A stretch of 64,000 nucleotides of DNA from assembly GCA_028285005.1 (NCBI GenBank), contig JANQQP010000004.1:53261-117260 (forward strand), in the 5' to 3' direction. This document shows positions 30,793 to 40,524 of this stretch, piece after piece (within the stretch, counting starts at the first letter, position 1; every line of letters starts with the position of its first letter). The DNA is from Dehalococcoidia bacterium (GTDB lineage Bacteria > Chloroflexota > Dehalococcoidia > Lucifugimonadales > Lucifugimonadaceae). The notes under the pieces are model-generated. The model was not told the origin of the DNA. It did no database searches and was given only the letters and a program-made list of their open reading frames with translations. The position numbers and the translations under genes are program-made.

Positions 30793-31782
30793 ATGACTGA
30801 AACCAGAGAAGTAGACCTTCTTATCGCCGGCCAGGGCGCAGCGGCCTTCGCCGCCGGCCTTTACGCGGCCAGGTACCAGATGGACGTGGCTATCGCTGCA
30901 GAGCAGTTCGGTGGCGAGACCGCAATCGGCGGAATGATTGAAAACTACCCTGGCACCGGCGACATCGACGGTTTCGAGTTGATGATGAAGTTCAAGGAAC
31001 AGGTAGACGCCCTAGAAGTGCCGACTCTGAACTCCAACGTCGTGGGAGCGAAGAAGGACGGCGAGCGCTTCAGAGTGGAGCTTCAAGACGGCACAATCGT
31101 GAACGCTCTCTCGGTGATCCTCGCAGTTGGGCGAGAGCGCCGTAAGTTGAACCTGCCGAACGAGGAAGAGTGGACCGGAAACGGCGTCTCGTACTGCTCG
31201 ACCTGTGATGCTCCGCTCTACCGGAACAAGCAGGCCGCTGGCGTCGTTGGAGGCGGAAACGCAGCGGTAGAAGGAGCCATTCTGCTGGCGAAGTATGCAG
31301 AGACCGTGTACTTGATCTATCGAGGCGAGAAGCTGTTCCGGCCTGAGCCGATTCTGCTGAAGGTGCTTGAGAAGACCGAGAACGTGAAGGTCCTACTCGA
31401 GACCGAGGTTTCGGAGCTGGTAGGCAGCGACGAAGCCGGGCTTACTGGCGTCAAGTTGAACAGACCATTCGAGGGCAACGATGAGTTGATCCTGGATGGG
31501 CTGTTCATCGAGGCTGGCGCAGATCCCAGGCTCGAGATCCCGAACCAGCTTGGCCTCGAGCTGAATCCGGACACGAACGAAGTGCATGTCGACCGCATGC
31601 AGAAGACGAACGTTCCAGGGATCTATGCGGCCGGCGACCTGACGGACGGCACTGACCTGAAGCAGACGATCACTGCGGCATCGCAGGGCGCGATCTCGGC
31701 GCTTTCTGCCTACACATACGTGATGGAGCACCCATCCAAGCTAGGCGAAGAAGTCGAGCCGGTGGCCGCCAGCGCAGACTAG
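30793..31782 (+). CDS. thioredoxin-reductase-like flavoprotein disulfide reductase
   Basis: FAD motif (LLIAGQGAAAFAAGLYAAR), redox motif GVSYCSTCDAPLY (CxxC) and second dinucleotide motif VVGGGNAAVEGA are present. The ATG is preceded by GGAAGGTGA. The canonical HRR NADPH motif is changed (see findings). Confidence 0.85.
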   Translation: MTETREVDLLIAGQGAAAFAAGLYAARYQMDVAIAAEQFGGETAIGGMIENYPGTGDIDGFELMMKFKEQVDALEVPTLNSNVVGAKKDGERFRVELQDGTIVNALSVILAVGRERRKLNLPNEEEWTGNGVSYCSTCDAPLYRNKQAAGVVGGGNAAVEGAILLAKYAETVYLIYRGEKLFRPEPILLKVLEKTENVKVLLETEVSELVGSDEAGLTGVKLNRPFEGNDELILDGLFIEAGADPRLEIPNQLGLELNPDTNEVHVDRMQKTNVPGIYAAGDLTDGTDLKQTITAASQGAISALSAYTYVMEHPSKLGEEVEPVAASAD

Positions 31783-31813
31783 CGCTGTTCCTACGACAAA
31801 GATGATGGTTTGG

Positions 31814-31842
31814 TGTCGCCCCGGTTTACTACCGGGGCGACA
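31814..31842. terminator. terminator-like hairpin between convergent trxB-like and deacetylase genes
   Basis: TGTCGCCCCGG-TTTACTA-CCGGGGCGACA forms an 11-bp perfect GC-rich stem with a 7-nt loop. There is no clear U-tract. Confidence 0.55.
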
Positions 31843-31915
31843 TTCGCGATGGACTGCGATTACGTGAAGAATTAAGAATCCCGATCAAGTTAATCGCGAT
31901 ATAGCCTAACGACGC

Positions 31916-32851
31916 TCATCGTCCGCTCATCGAGCGCAGCATGCCTCTGACGTTCGCCGACCCAACAGCTCGTCTTATCTCAAGTATCTCGCCGCGATTT
32001 AGAGAGTGCAGTAAGGTCCGAGGCCTGCCGATGATCGTGGACAGCACCGTCGAGTAGCCCAGCTCTGCAGCCATGCGCAGAGTGTCTGAGTTCCAATCCG
32101 AGCTGCCGCCGAAAGGTAGCGAGAGAACCTCCTTGTTTACTTCAACCGTCTCCGTGAGCACGCGATCAGCTTCGGCTATCTCTTCGCGTTGGTTTGAACC
32201 TGAGAGCGTGGCGAGGACGTGATGCCCCCGGGTGTGGTTTCCAAAGTGCACACCACCTTGGGCTAACCTGCGGACGTCGGTTGGTCGCAAGTACAGTGAT
32301 TCGAGATTGTGCAATGCATCATGTGCTCCGAGGAAAGCGAGAGTTGCCTCGGCGAATCTGTTGGAATCGCCCGGCTCGTGAGACTTGGACCATCGGTAAA
32401 GCGAGCTGGAAGCCGGAGGCGACTGAAACCCGCGTGACCGGAGGTGTTTAGCAAAAGCCTGCTCTTCGCCTTCTGAGATGATCAGTCGAACGACATCTCG
32501 CCAGAAAGGCAGACCCTGTAGGACTTGCGAGATCAAGAATATGGTGGCCGGGATCCCGCGGTCAGAAAGAATGGGTACGGCATAGTCCGCGACACACCTG
32601 TAGCCGTCATCGAAGGTTATTGCCGCAATTCTCTCTTTGCTCCCGGCTTTGATGGCGCCAATGACATCGTCCAGCGAAGCAAAGTCATAGAACCTGCTGA
32701 TCCAACGCAATTGACGTTCGAAGTCGGCCGGCTCAACAGCGTCAGCATTGCGATCTAGCAGCGGGTATGCGCCCTTCGGCGTCACTGCGTGATAAAGAAA
32801 CACCTGCTGGCTTGGCAGAAACGGACTGCTCAGGGCCTTAAGGAACTTCAT
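31916..32851 (-). CDS. polysaccharide deacetylase family protein
   Basis: The NodB-type motif region IAAITFDDGYRCV is present, with downstream His-containing blocks (FGNHTRGHH). Confidence 0.75.
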   Translation of the reverse strand: MKFLKALSSPFLPSQQVFLYHAVTPKGAYPLLDRNADAVEPADFERQLRWISRFYDFASLDDVIGAIKAGSKERIAAITFDDGYRCVADYAVPILSDRGIPATIFLISQVLQGLPFWRDVVRLIISEGEEQAFAKHLRSRGFQSPPASSSLYRWSKSHEPGDSNRFAEATLAFLGAHDALHNLESLYLRPTDVRRLAQGGVHFGNHTRGHHVLATLSGSNQREEIAEADRVLTETVEVNKEVLSLPFGGSSDWNSDTLRMAAELGYSTVLSTIIGRPRTLLHSLNRGEILEIRRAVGSANVRGMLRSMSGR

Positions 32852-33717
32852 AGTTCCACGATTTTCGGAGCTTCTACTTGGCCGCGAGTGTTTCGATCGA
32901 CGTAATCGGAGATCGAGCCGTCATTCACGAGGTCGTAGTACTGTTTGATTTTCCTCGCGTTTAGCTGTCGTCCGAGGTAGAGATTGCCTTCTTGCCATTG
33001 AGGGACGTAGTTAAGCGGCCCGCTCGCCAGGCGCCTTGTCGAGTCCACAATCGCCTGGATGCCTTGTTCTATGCACTTGCAGTTGATCGAGAAGAATGTG
33101 TCATCGGGAGTAATCGGTGGCCGGGCCTGGGTCACAATGCCGCCCGAATCGATGCCTGCTGTAAGCCCATGTATCGTCACTCCGCAGTACTCGGCTCGCT
33201 CCTGCAGTAAGGGCCAAAAATTGGTATTGGCTCCCCGGTAATAAGGGGATAGTCCGGTATGGAGATTCAGAGCCGCTGTTTCTGCGAGACGAATAATTCT
33301 CTTCGAGAGCAAGGAAGTTCCCATGACCAGGATCACATCTGGCCGATAGTCTCGGATCTTATCGATGTACTGTCGGCTACTAATACGTTCTGAAGCCTCT
33401 ACATGGAACAGTGAGTGACGCTGAACATCGCGAGCTTTTTGATCTGCGATTTCACCAAAATAGCTGCGTTCCACTGTATGCTTGTCGCTCCAGAACTTAG
33501 CCACCATTCCTCGATAGATCGACGAGTACAGGCGGTTGACGATTTTGCCCTTGACTCGCGGAAGGCTGGCTCTGACCGTCCGCATGAGCGTCTTGCGTCG
33601 TACCGGCGCGGTCGATTTTGGTTCGATGCCTATGGCGACGTTGTCGAATGACTCGAGGATTCGCGAGGCAAACGCCATGTGCCGAGCAGCTTCGGAGGTC
33701 AGAGCCAGGATGCGCAC
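32848..33717 (-). CDS. formyltransferase-domain protein
   Basis: The Formyl_trans_N catalytic block LNLHTGLSPYYRGANTNFWPL...GVTIHGLTAGIDSGGIV is present. There is a 4-nt overlap with the downstream deacetylase gene. Confidence 0.7.
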   Translation of the reverse strand: MRILALTSEAARHMAFASRILESFDNVAIGIEPKSTAPVRRKTLMRTVRASLPRVKGKIVNRLYSSIYRGMVAKFWSDKHTVERSYFGEIADQKARDVQRHSLFHVEASERISSRQYIDKIRDYRPDVILVMGTSLLSKRIIRLAETAALNLHTGLSPYYRGANTNFWPLLQERAEYCGVTIHGLTAGIDSGGIVTQARPPITPDDTFFSINCKCIEQGIQAIVDSTRRLASGPLNYVPQWQEGNLYLGRQLNARKIKQYYDLVNDGSISDYVDRNTRGQVEAPKIVEL

Positions 33718-33896
33718 ATCTGCACCTTGTCAACTTGTGTAGAGGCGTATCTAGGCTAGTGGAACCGAAGAGCGAAATTCTCGCACCGCCGATTCGAATC
33801 CTCGGCCAATACACGGCGCGGGGACGTGTTTACGAAGCGAATCATTCAGGCTGGTCGAATCTTCTTATCGGCCAGCGATCTCATTGAAGAGAGATA

Positions 33897-33973
<77 letters not shown>

Positions 33974-34245
33974 ACGTTTTCGGCCTCTGCCTTTCGGAAC
34001 CTCGTAATTATAGCCACGCGCTGAGCCGACGGAGTACCGAGCAGAGCGCTCTTGGCCCGTTCTGTATTGGGTCACGCGCGGGTTGCGGTGTTTCAAGTAG
34101 CCCCGGAGTTGCCTCTTCGCTGTCGGCGCCGCTGTCTCAATGTCATGCCCATCCGCCGTCATCACTACCGGTCCTTGCCTGCATACAGGGAACCCGGCAT
34201 TCTGCTGTTGCCTTCAGCTAGCACTGATCACGACAGAGGGAGCCG

Positions 34246-35109
34246 ATGGACGACACATTCGATCTGAATTTCGATCTTTCGCGGGTTATCACCAGCGGCG
34301 TTACCGTGGTGGTCATCGTAATCGCTGCCTGGCTCATCACTCGTCTCACATCGCGCCTGATTGCTTCCTCAGTGAACCGTCGGCTCCAGCGAATTACTGA
34401 CCTGCCTGAGGAGGACAGACAGAAACGGGTTGAGACCGTATCCGGCACGCTCAATCGAGTGGTGAAGATCGTGATCTGGTTGATCGCCGGAATGACGATC
34501 ATGGCCGAATTCGGAGTCAGCATTGCGCCGATCATCGCCGGGCTGGGCATCGGTGGACTGGCGCTGGCGTTCGCAGCCCAGAACATCGTCCGGGACTATC
34601 TGCATGGCTTTCTGATAGTGACGGAGGATTGGTATCGAGTTGGCGAGGCGGCGCGCATAGCCGGAACAGCCGGGCTTGTGACGGCTGTCAACCTGCGCAC
34701 AACTGTCCTGAGGGACGGTGACGGCACGCTGCACCAGATTCCCAACGGTCAGATCACCATGGCTTCCAACATGACCAGGGAGTTCGCACGGATCAACTTC
34801 AATGTGGAAGTCGGTTACAGCGAAGACCTGGATCGAGTCATGGATGTGATCAACGATGAGTGCGAGAAGTTTAAAGCCGATCCCGAATGGACCGAGATTC
34901 TCCTGAACACGCCGAGCGCTGTCAGAGTCGAAAACCTTGGTGCCTCAGGTGTGGAGATCAAGGTGATGGGCGACACGAAGCCGATGAGCCGCGTCGGCGC
35001 GATGGGCGAACTACGTAAGCGGCTTAAGAACAGGTTGGACGCTGAAGGGATCGATATTCCGTTCCCGCAGACAGTTGTCCATTTCGCGAACTCGATTCCG
35101 ACCAACTGA
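34246..35109 (+). CDS. small-conductance mechanosensitive channel (MscS family)
   Basis: The ATG is preceded by AGGGAG. TM helices are followed by the MscS pore/beta-domain block GGLALAFAAQNIVRDYLHGFLIVTEDWYRVGE. Confidence 0.88.
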   Translation: MDDTFDLNFDLSRVITSGVTVVVIVIAAWLITRLTSRLIASSVNRRLQRITDLPEEDRQKRVETVSGTLNRVVKIVIWLIAGMTIMAEFGVSIAPIIAGLGIGGLALAFAAQNIVRDYLHGFLIVTEDWYRVGEAARIAGTAGLVTAVNLRTTVLRDGDGTLHQIPNGQITMASNMTREFARINFNVEVGYSEDLDRVMDVINDECEKFKADPEWTEILLNTPSAVRVENLGASGVEIKVMGDTKPMSRVGAMGELRKRLKNRLDAEGIDIPFPQTVVHFANSIPTN

Positions 35110-35133
35110 TACGTCAGAGGGCCTCGCAGAGAG

Positions 35134-36126
35134 TTAGACCGGGGCGACTATCCAGTCGGGCTTTTCGCCTCGGGCCAATCTCGCCACGTTCGTGATCGCG
35201 TACTCAGCGGCGTTGTACTCGGACTCGATGGCACGAGTCGCCAGATGCGGCGTCAAAACCACGTTCTGCATCTTGAGCAGAGGGTTGTCCATCTCGATCG
35301 GCTCGATCTCTGTCACATCGAGACCGGCGGCGAATATCTGCTTCGAGTCGAGAGCCTTGATCAGGGCGGCTTCATCCACAACCGGTCCACGACAGGTGTT
35401 GACGAGGATCGCCGTTTCTTTCATGAGCGAGAGCTCGCGCTCGGAGATCATGTGCCTGGTCACCCGGTCCAGAGGCACATGAAGCGTGACGATGTCAGAC
35501 GTAGACAGCAGTTCGTCGAGTTCGACTCTTCGTGCGCCGGTCGCGGTCACGTAGTCAGGTTCGTGGTCGACCACATCGGAGTAGACAAGCTCACATTCCC
35601 ATCCCGCAAGCCGCTTTGCGACACGCGATCCGATTCTTCCGAGCCCTACGATGCCGACGCGCTTGCCGACGAGCGTGTGGAAGTCGGTCCTTTCTCCGGT
35701 GACACCGGCCATCCATGTTCCAGCCTTCACGCTATCGATCTGCATCTCCAGTTTGCGGTTCACCGCGAACATGAGAGCTATCGCGTGCTCTGCTACCGCC
35801 ACAGCGTTGGCTCCACCGTTGTTCGAAACGTCCACGCCGTTCTCGGCCAGCATCGTCTTGTCCAGATAGTCGGTTCCGGCGGAGAAGGTCTGTATGAGCC
35901 GCAGCTTTGGCAGCTTCTCGATCATCTCTGGCGTGAACTCACGCACACCGGCGGGCATGATGGCGACCGCATCCTTCAGTTCTTCTATCAACTGACTTTC
36001 GGGCAGTTCGCTATCGACGAAACGGAGGTCCAGTTCGGCGAAATTGTCTGCAACCGCCTGACACTCCTTCATGCGCACATCTGTGAGCGGTGATTTGGGG
36101 CCGAGGATGACTGCGACTTCGGACAT
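35134..36126 (-). CDS. D-isomer-specific 2-hydroxyacid dehydrogenase (phosphoglycerate-dehydrogenase-like)
   Basis: NAD motif VGIVGLGRIGSRVAKRL, and catalytic-domain blocks LHVPL, ILVNTCRGPVVDEAAL, AGLDV and LTPH. Confidence 0.88.
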   Translation of the reverse strand: MSEVAVILGPKSPLTDVRMKECQAVADNFAELDLRFVDSELPESQLIEELKDAVAIMPAGVREFTPEMIEKLPKLRLIQTFSAGTDYLDKTMLAENGVDVSNNGGANAVAVAEHAIALMFAVNRKLEMQIDSVKAGTWMAGVTGERTDFHTLVGKRVGIVGLGRIGSRVAKRLAGWECELVYSDVVDHEPDYVTATGARRVELDELLSTSDIVTLHVPLDRVTRHMISERELSLMKETAILVNTCRGPVVDEAALIKALDSKQIFAAGLDVTEIEPIEMDNPLLKMQNVVLTPHLATRAIESEYNAAEYAITNVARLARGEKPDWIVAPV

Positions 36127-36316
36127 GTGAGTGATGACCTTTCGGAGGGTTGCTGTTGAGCGTGCCGATTATTGGTGAGTATCGGTGTGATCTGAGATGC
36201 CGGGCGGGATTATACTTGCAAGGTTGCGCGGTGCGTACGTGGTCTTACAGAGACCGGCTCTCCGCGTGCCTTTTCGAATTGACCTGGCGAGTTCAGATGC
36301 TCGCGGATGGACCCAC

Positions 36317-37225
36317 GTGGATAGAGTCACCGTTTTCTCGCCGGCCACCACTGCCAACATGGGGCCGGGATTCGATTGCATCGGCATGGCGTTCGAGATG
36401 TGGAACGAACTCACGGTCGAACGCGGCGATTTTCATGTGACGATCGAAGGCGAAGGCGAAGGCGCAGCCGAACTGCCCGAGGATTCCAGGAACCTGGTGG
36501 TAACAGGGGTGGAGGCGGCGTTCCGGGCCGTCGAAAAAGAGTTGCCACCGCTCCGCTACACGTGCAAAAACGAGGTGCCTCACGGGCGCGGCCTCGGCTC
36601 GAGCTCGGCGGCCATTGCGGCGGGACTGATCGCCGGGTCGGCCCTCGCAGACGCGAAGCTGAGCATCGAGCAGATCGTGTCGCTCGCTGCCGACCTCGAG
36701 GGCCATCCCGACAACGTGGCTCCGGCGATTTACGGCGGATGCACCATTGGTGTTCACGATGGCGGTCAGTGGATCATCAATTCTGTACCTGTACCCGATG
36801 ATCTCTCGGCGGTTGTTTTCATCCCTGACCTGCTCACCAACACCCACGAATCGCGGGCGAGACTGCCTGAGCGAATTCCGCGATCGGACGCTGTATACAA
36901 CATCGGCCGTGCGGCGTTGCTCGTTAGCGCCATGCACAACAGCAGATTCGATCTGCTGAAGCAGGCGACACAGGACCGGCTGCACCAGCCTCTGCGCGGT
37001 CAGGCGTTCCCAGCGCTAAACCGCCTGATAGAAGCCGCCCTGAGCGGTGGAGCCCATGGAGCCTTTCTCTCCGGCGCAGGCCCCACCGTTATGGCGCTCA
37101 CCACCGGCAAAGAGGTGACGGTTAGCTACGAAATGGCGGAAGCGGCGCGTCTCTCTCAAGTTCCTGGCAAGCCAGCAATACTCAAGCCCGCCATGCGCGG
37201 TACCTATGTGGCTGAAACGGCATGA
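36317..37225 (+). CDS. thrB: homoserine kinase
   Basis: GHMP-kinase blocks are present: VFSPATTANMGPGFDC and the motif II PHGRGLGSSSAAIAAG. The in-frame GTG at 36317 gives a typical 302-aa ThrB (MDRVTVFSPATTAN...). The ORF track start (36197) adds 40 non-homologous residues. Confidence 0.88.
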   Translation: MDRVTVFSPATTANMGPGFDCIGMAFEMWNELTVERGDFHVTIEGEGEGAAELPEDSRNLVVTGVEAAFRAVEKELPPLRYTCKNEVPHGRGLGSSSAAIAAGLIAGSALADAKLSIEQIVSLAADLEGHPDNVAPAIYGGCTIGVHDGGQWIINSVPVPDDLSAVVFIPDLLTNTHESRARLPERIPRSDAVYNIGRAALLVSAMHNSRFDLLKQATQDRLHQPLRGQAFPALNRLIEAALSGGAHGAFLSGAGPTVMALTTGKEVTVSYEMAEAARLSQVPGKPAILKPAMRGTYVAETA

Positions 37226-38466
37226 GCACCGGAGCAGACAGTGCCCTCGTCGTGCAGAAGTACGGCGGCTCATCGGTAAGCACCGCAGAGAAGATTCGCA
37301 GCATCGCCCGGAAGATCTGCGATCGCGCGCGAACAGGAGACCGTTTAGTAGTAACCGTCTCTGCAATGGGCGACTCGACTGACGATCTGATTCGTCTCGC
37401 CAACGCTGCGACCGGGCCAGATATTTCTCCGCCACTGCGTGAGATGGATACGTTGCTCTCCACGGGGGAACTGGTCAGCTCGACGCTTATGGCGATGGCC
37501 ATTCATTCACTGCAGCAGGACGCGGTTAGCTTGAGTGGGCAGCAGGCGGGAATCAGAACCAATGCGATCCACGGCTCGGCACGAATCGCGTCAATCGATA
37601 CCGCACGAATCAACCGGGAGCTGGACGCAGGCAGAATCGTGATCGTCGCTGGCTTTCAGGGACTTGACGACACTGGCGACGTGACGACGCTCGGCCGAGG
37701 CGCTTCCGACACAACCGCTGTTGCATTGGCCGCGGCACTCTCGGCGGAGAGGTGCGAGATCTACACGGATGTCGATGGCATATACACAACGGATCCGCGA
37801 ATCGTGCCGGGCGCTCGCAAGCTGAGCGAGATTGGCTACGAAGAGATGCTAGAGATGGCGTCTCTCGGGGCGAAGATGAACCCGCGGTCGATTGAACTTG
37901 CGGCGGTCTATGAGGTGCCTGTCCTCGTCGCCTCGACTTTCGATGATGTCCCCGGAACACTGATTCATGGAGGAGAACCGACCATGGAGCTGCGAAGGGC
38001 GGTGACCGGCATCGCCATTGACAAGAATGTTGCGAAGATAACCGTGAGGGGTGTCGAGGACCGCCCGGGAGTGGCAGGTGGCATTCTCCAGCCGCTGGCG
38101 GACGATGGCATCAGCGTGGATGTGATCGTGCAGAACACCAGCGATGATGGGACCACAGACTTCACATTCACTGTTGGCGAAGCCGATGCTCAGAGGGCGC
38201 TTAGTGCTGTCGAGCGGCAAGGAAACGTGCAGTTTCGCGAGGTCGCCCAGGGAGGCGAGCTTGCGAAGGTGAGTATCGTCGGCACAGGGATGCAGAATGG
38301 TCCCGGATACGCCTCGACCATGTTCACGGCGCTGGCCGGAGCCGGAGTGAACATCGATATGATCACTACCTCGGAGATACGTATCACCTGCATAGTGCAG
38401 CGCAGCGATGTGTCTGCGGCTGCGAACGCTCTGCACGACGCGTTCGAATTGGACCGGACGGAATAA
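37222..38466 (+). CDS. lysC: aspartate kinase (with two C-terminal ACT domains)
   Basis: VVQKYGGSSV, VVVTVSAMGDSTD and GRGASDTTAVALA are present, followed by ACT repeats. The ATG overlaps the thrB stop (ATGA). Confidence 0.93.
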   Translation: MSTGADSALVVQKYGGSSVSTAEKIRSIARKICDRARTGDRLVVTVSAMGDSTDDLIRLANAATGPDISPPLREMDTLLSTGELVSSTLMAMAIHSLQQDAVSLSGQQAGIRTNAIHGSARIASIDTARINRELDAGRIVIVAGFQGLDDTGDVTTLGRGASDTTAVALAAALSAERCEIYTDVDGIYTTDPRIVPGARKLSEIGYEEMLEMASLGAKMNPRSIELAAVYEVPVLVASTFDDVPGTLIHGGEPTMELRRAVTGIAIDKNVAKITVRGVEDRPGVAGGILQPLADDGISVDVIVQNTSDDGTTDFTFTVGEADAQRALSAVERQGNVQFREVAQGGELAKVSIVGTGMQNGPGYASTMFTALAGAGVNIDMITTSEIRITCIVQRSDVSAAANALHDAFELDRTE

Positions 38467-38558
38467 GCCCAATTAGCGTTCTGCGAAGACGCCCAACCGC
38501 TGGCTTATCTCTCAGGTTCGGGTAAAGTTCCGCTGGCCGTCGTTCCGCACTCAGCGAG

Positions 38559-39347
38559 ATGGCGGCCGAACGATATGGCATTGAGAAGCCAGAGGTCTTT
38601 CGGAGCTTGGACTCTCCATACCTTTCAATAGTAGTTCCAGCCTTCAACGAGGAGGCCCGGATTGGTGGGTCGCTCGATCGGCTGACCGAATATCTGTCGA
38701 CCTTCGATAAGTCGTGGGAGATCGTTGTCGTCGACGACGGCAGCAGCGATAGGACCGCGGCGATCGTGGAAGAGCATTCTCGACTCGACGGGCGCATCAG
38801 GTTGATCAGGGCCGAACACGGCGGAAAAGGGGCGGCGGTCAGGCGCGGGATGCTCGAAGCGGAAGGCGAGTGGCGGTTCTTGAGCGATGCCGATCTTTCA
38901 ATGCCACCCGAGAATCTTTCAAGGTTCTTCGACGAAGAGCTTGGAGAGCCGAAGTTTGATGTCTCAATCGGATCGAGAGAGGCGGCCGGGTCGCGCAGGA
39001 TAGGTGAGCCCTGGGCTCGTCATTTCCTTGGACGCGTCTACAACTGGACCGTGAAGCTGGTAGCTATCAGAGGTATCGAGGACACCCAGTGCGGGTTCAA
39101 GCTATACAGCGCTGATGCGGCGAATACGGTGTTCCCTGTACAGAGACTCCACGGCTTTGCGTTCGATGTGGAGAACCTCTTCATCGCGAGAAAAGCCGGG
39201 CTGACGATCGGCGAAGTGGCCATTGATTGGCAATACTACGAAGGCGGCAAAGTGACACTGTGGAGCAGTGTGACTGCTTATGTAGACATATTTAGAGTCC
39301 GTCTGAACCACCTTCTGGGTAGATATCGAACTGGTAGCCGATCATGA
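38559..39347 (+). CDS. glycosyltransferase family 2 (polyprenyl/dolichyl-phosphate glycosyltransferase-like)
   Basis: LSIVVPAFNEEARI, IVVVDDGSSDRT, DADLS (DxD) and the QCGFK block are present. Confidence 0.85.
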   Translation: MAAERYGIEKPEVFRSLDSPYLSIVVPAFNEEARIGGSLDRLTEYLSTFDKSWEIVVVDDGSSDRTAAIVEEHSRLDGRIRLIRAEHGGKGAAVRRGMLEAEGEWRFLSDADLSMPPENLSRFFDEELGEPKFDVSIGSREAAGSRRIGEPWARHFLGRVYNWTVKLVAIRGIEDTQCGFKLYSADAANTVFPVQRLHGFAFDVENLFIARKAGLTIGEVAIDWQYYEGGKVTLWSSVTAYVDIFRVRLNHLLGRYRTGSRS

Positions 39348-39775
39348 GCGAACTCACCACTGACTCCCAGATACGCGAACTTTTACTGTCCGTGCGGACG
39401 ATCGCGGTGGTCGGACTGTCTGAGCGCCAGTCAAGACCCAGCTTCGGAGTTGCGAAGTACTTGATCAATGCCGGATACGAGGTGATACCGATCAACCCTC
39501 ATGTCGATCAGTGGCAAGGCATAAAGGCGTTTCCGACCGTCGCTGACATAGGTCGAACGGTCGATCTGGTGGATGTCTTCAGACGTCCATCGTTCGTTAT
39601 GGACACGGTCGAAGATGCAATCCTGGCCGAGTCTGGAGCTATCTGGACGCAGCTGGGTGTAGTCGACGAAAATGCCACGCAGCGTTCAGTTGAAGCCGGA
39701 GTTCCGATAGTGGTTGACCGCTGCACGGCCATAGAGCACGGACGGCTGATCGCTGGCCGGGAGACTAGCCGTTGA
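39344..39775 (+). CDS. CoA-binding domain protein (YccU/YneT-like)
   Basis: 143 aa with IAVVGLSERQSRPSFGVAKYLINAGYEVIPINP, typical of the small CoA-binding family. The ATG overlaps the upstream stop (ATGA). Confidence 0.8.
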   Translation: MSELTTDSQIRELLLSVRTIAVVGLSERQSRPSFGVAKYLINAGYEVIPINPHVDQWQGIKAFPTVADIGRTVDLVDVFRRPSFVMDTVEDAILAESGAIWTQLGVVDENATQRSVEAGVPIVVDRCTAIEHGRLIAGRETSR

Positions 39776-40524
39776 CTTCGAACTCGGAAAACGTTGATCA
39801 GGACGAGACGATGCCACTAAAGGTGGCGGTCGTGATACCGACCTACAACGAGGCCGAGAACCTTCCTGTGGTAGTCACAGAATTGATGGGACTGGGCATA
39901 GAGGGCCTCGGGTTCGTCATCGTCGACGACGGTTCTCCTGATGGCACAGGGGATATCGCCGACTCGCTGGCCGCTGAGTATGAGGGCGTTTTCGATGTCA
40001 TTCACAGGGAGCGCAAGCAGGGACTCGGAAAGTCATACGTGGCCGGGTTTGCCCGGGCGCTAGAGCTGGGCGCAGAAAACATCGTCCAGATGGATGCTGA
40101 CCTGTCTCACCCGCCAGTGGAGGTCCCGCAGATGCTGGCGCTCCTGGAGGACGCAGACATCGTTGTTGGTTCACGCTACGCGCCTGGCGGAGCCGTGGAC
40201 CCGAACTGGAGCTTCCTGCGCAGGCAGATCAGTTACTGGGGTGGTGTTGGGATTCGCCTCGTGATGGGCCTAAAGGTCCGAGACGCAACGTCCGGCTTCA
40301 AGGCCTTCCGCCGGGACGCCCTGAAGAAGGTTGGGATCGACCGACTCACATTGTCAGGGTATGGATTTCAGTCGGAAGTTACTTACCGCGCCCAGAAAGC
40401 CGGCCTGCGGATTGCCGAGCACCCGTTCACCTTCCTTGACCGGACGGCCGGCAAATCAAAGATGACGTTCGGGATCGCGGCTGAAGCCATTTACCGGCTC
40501 ATCCTTATCCGTCTCGGCCGATAG
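39772..40524 (+). CDS. polyprenol-phosphate mannosyltransferase-like GT2 (Ppm1/DPM1-like)
   Basis: KVAVVIPTYNEAENL, FVIVDDGSPDGT, QMDADLSHPP, SRY and DATSGFKAFRR are present. The start is either a TTG at 39772 (overlapping the upstream TGA) or the ATG at 39811. Confidence 0.88.
   Translation: MTSNSENVDQDETMPLKVAVVIPTYNEAENLPVVVTELMGLGIEGLGFVIVDDGSPDGTGDIADSLAAEYEGVFDVIHRERKQGLGKSYVAGFARALELGAENIVQMDADLSHPPVEVPQMLALLEDADIVVGSRYAPGGAVDPNWSFLRRQISYWGGVGIRLVMGLKVRDATSGFKAFRRDALKKVGIDRLTLSGYGFQSEVTYRAQKAGLRIAEHPFTFLDRTAGKSKMTFGIAAEAIYRLILIRLGR

Noticed and set aside
33785-33807. T-arm-like sequence GATTCGAATCC between the formyltransferase gene and tRNA-Pro, considered as a tRNA remnant or att-site duplication
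   Set aside because: The flanking bases do not form a T-stem, and no acceptor or anticodon arms can be drawn. The similarity to the tRNA-Pro 3' end is limited to the loop consensus, so it is insufficient for an integration scar.
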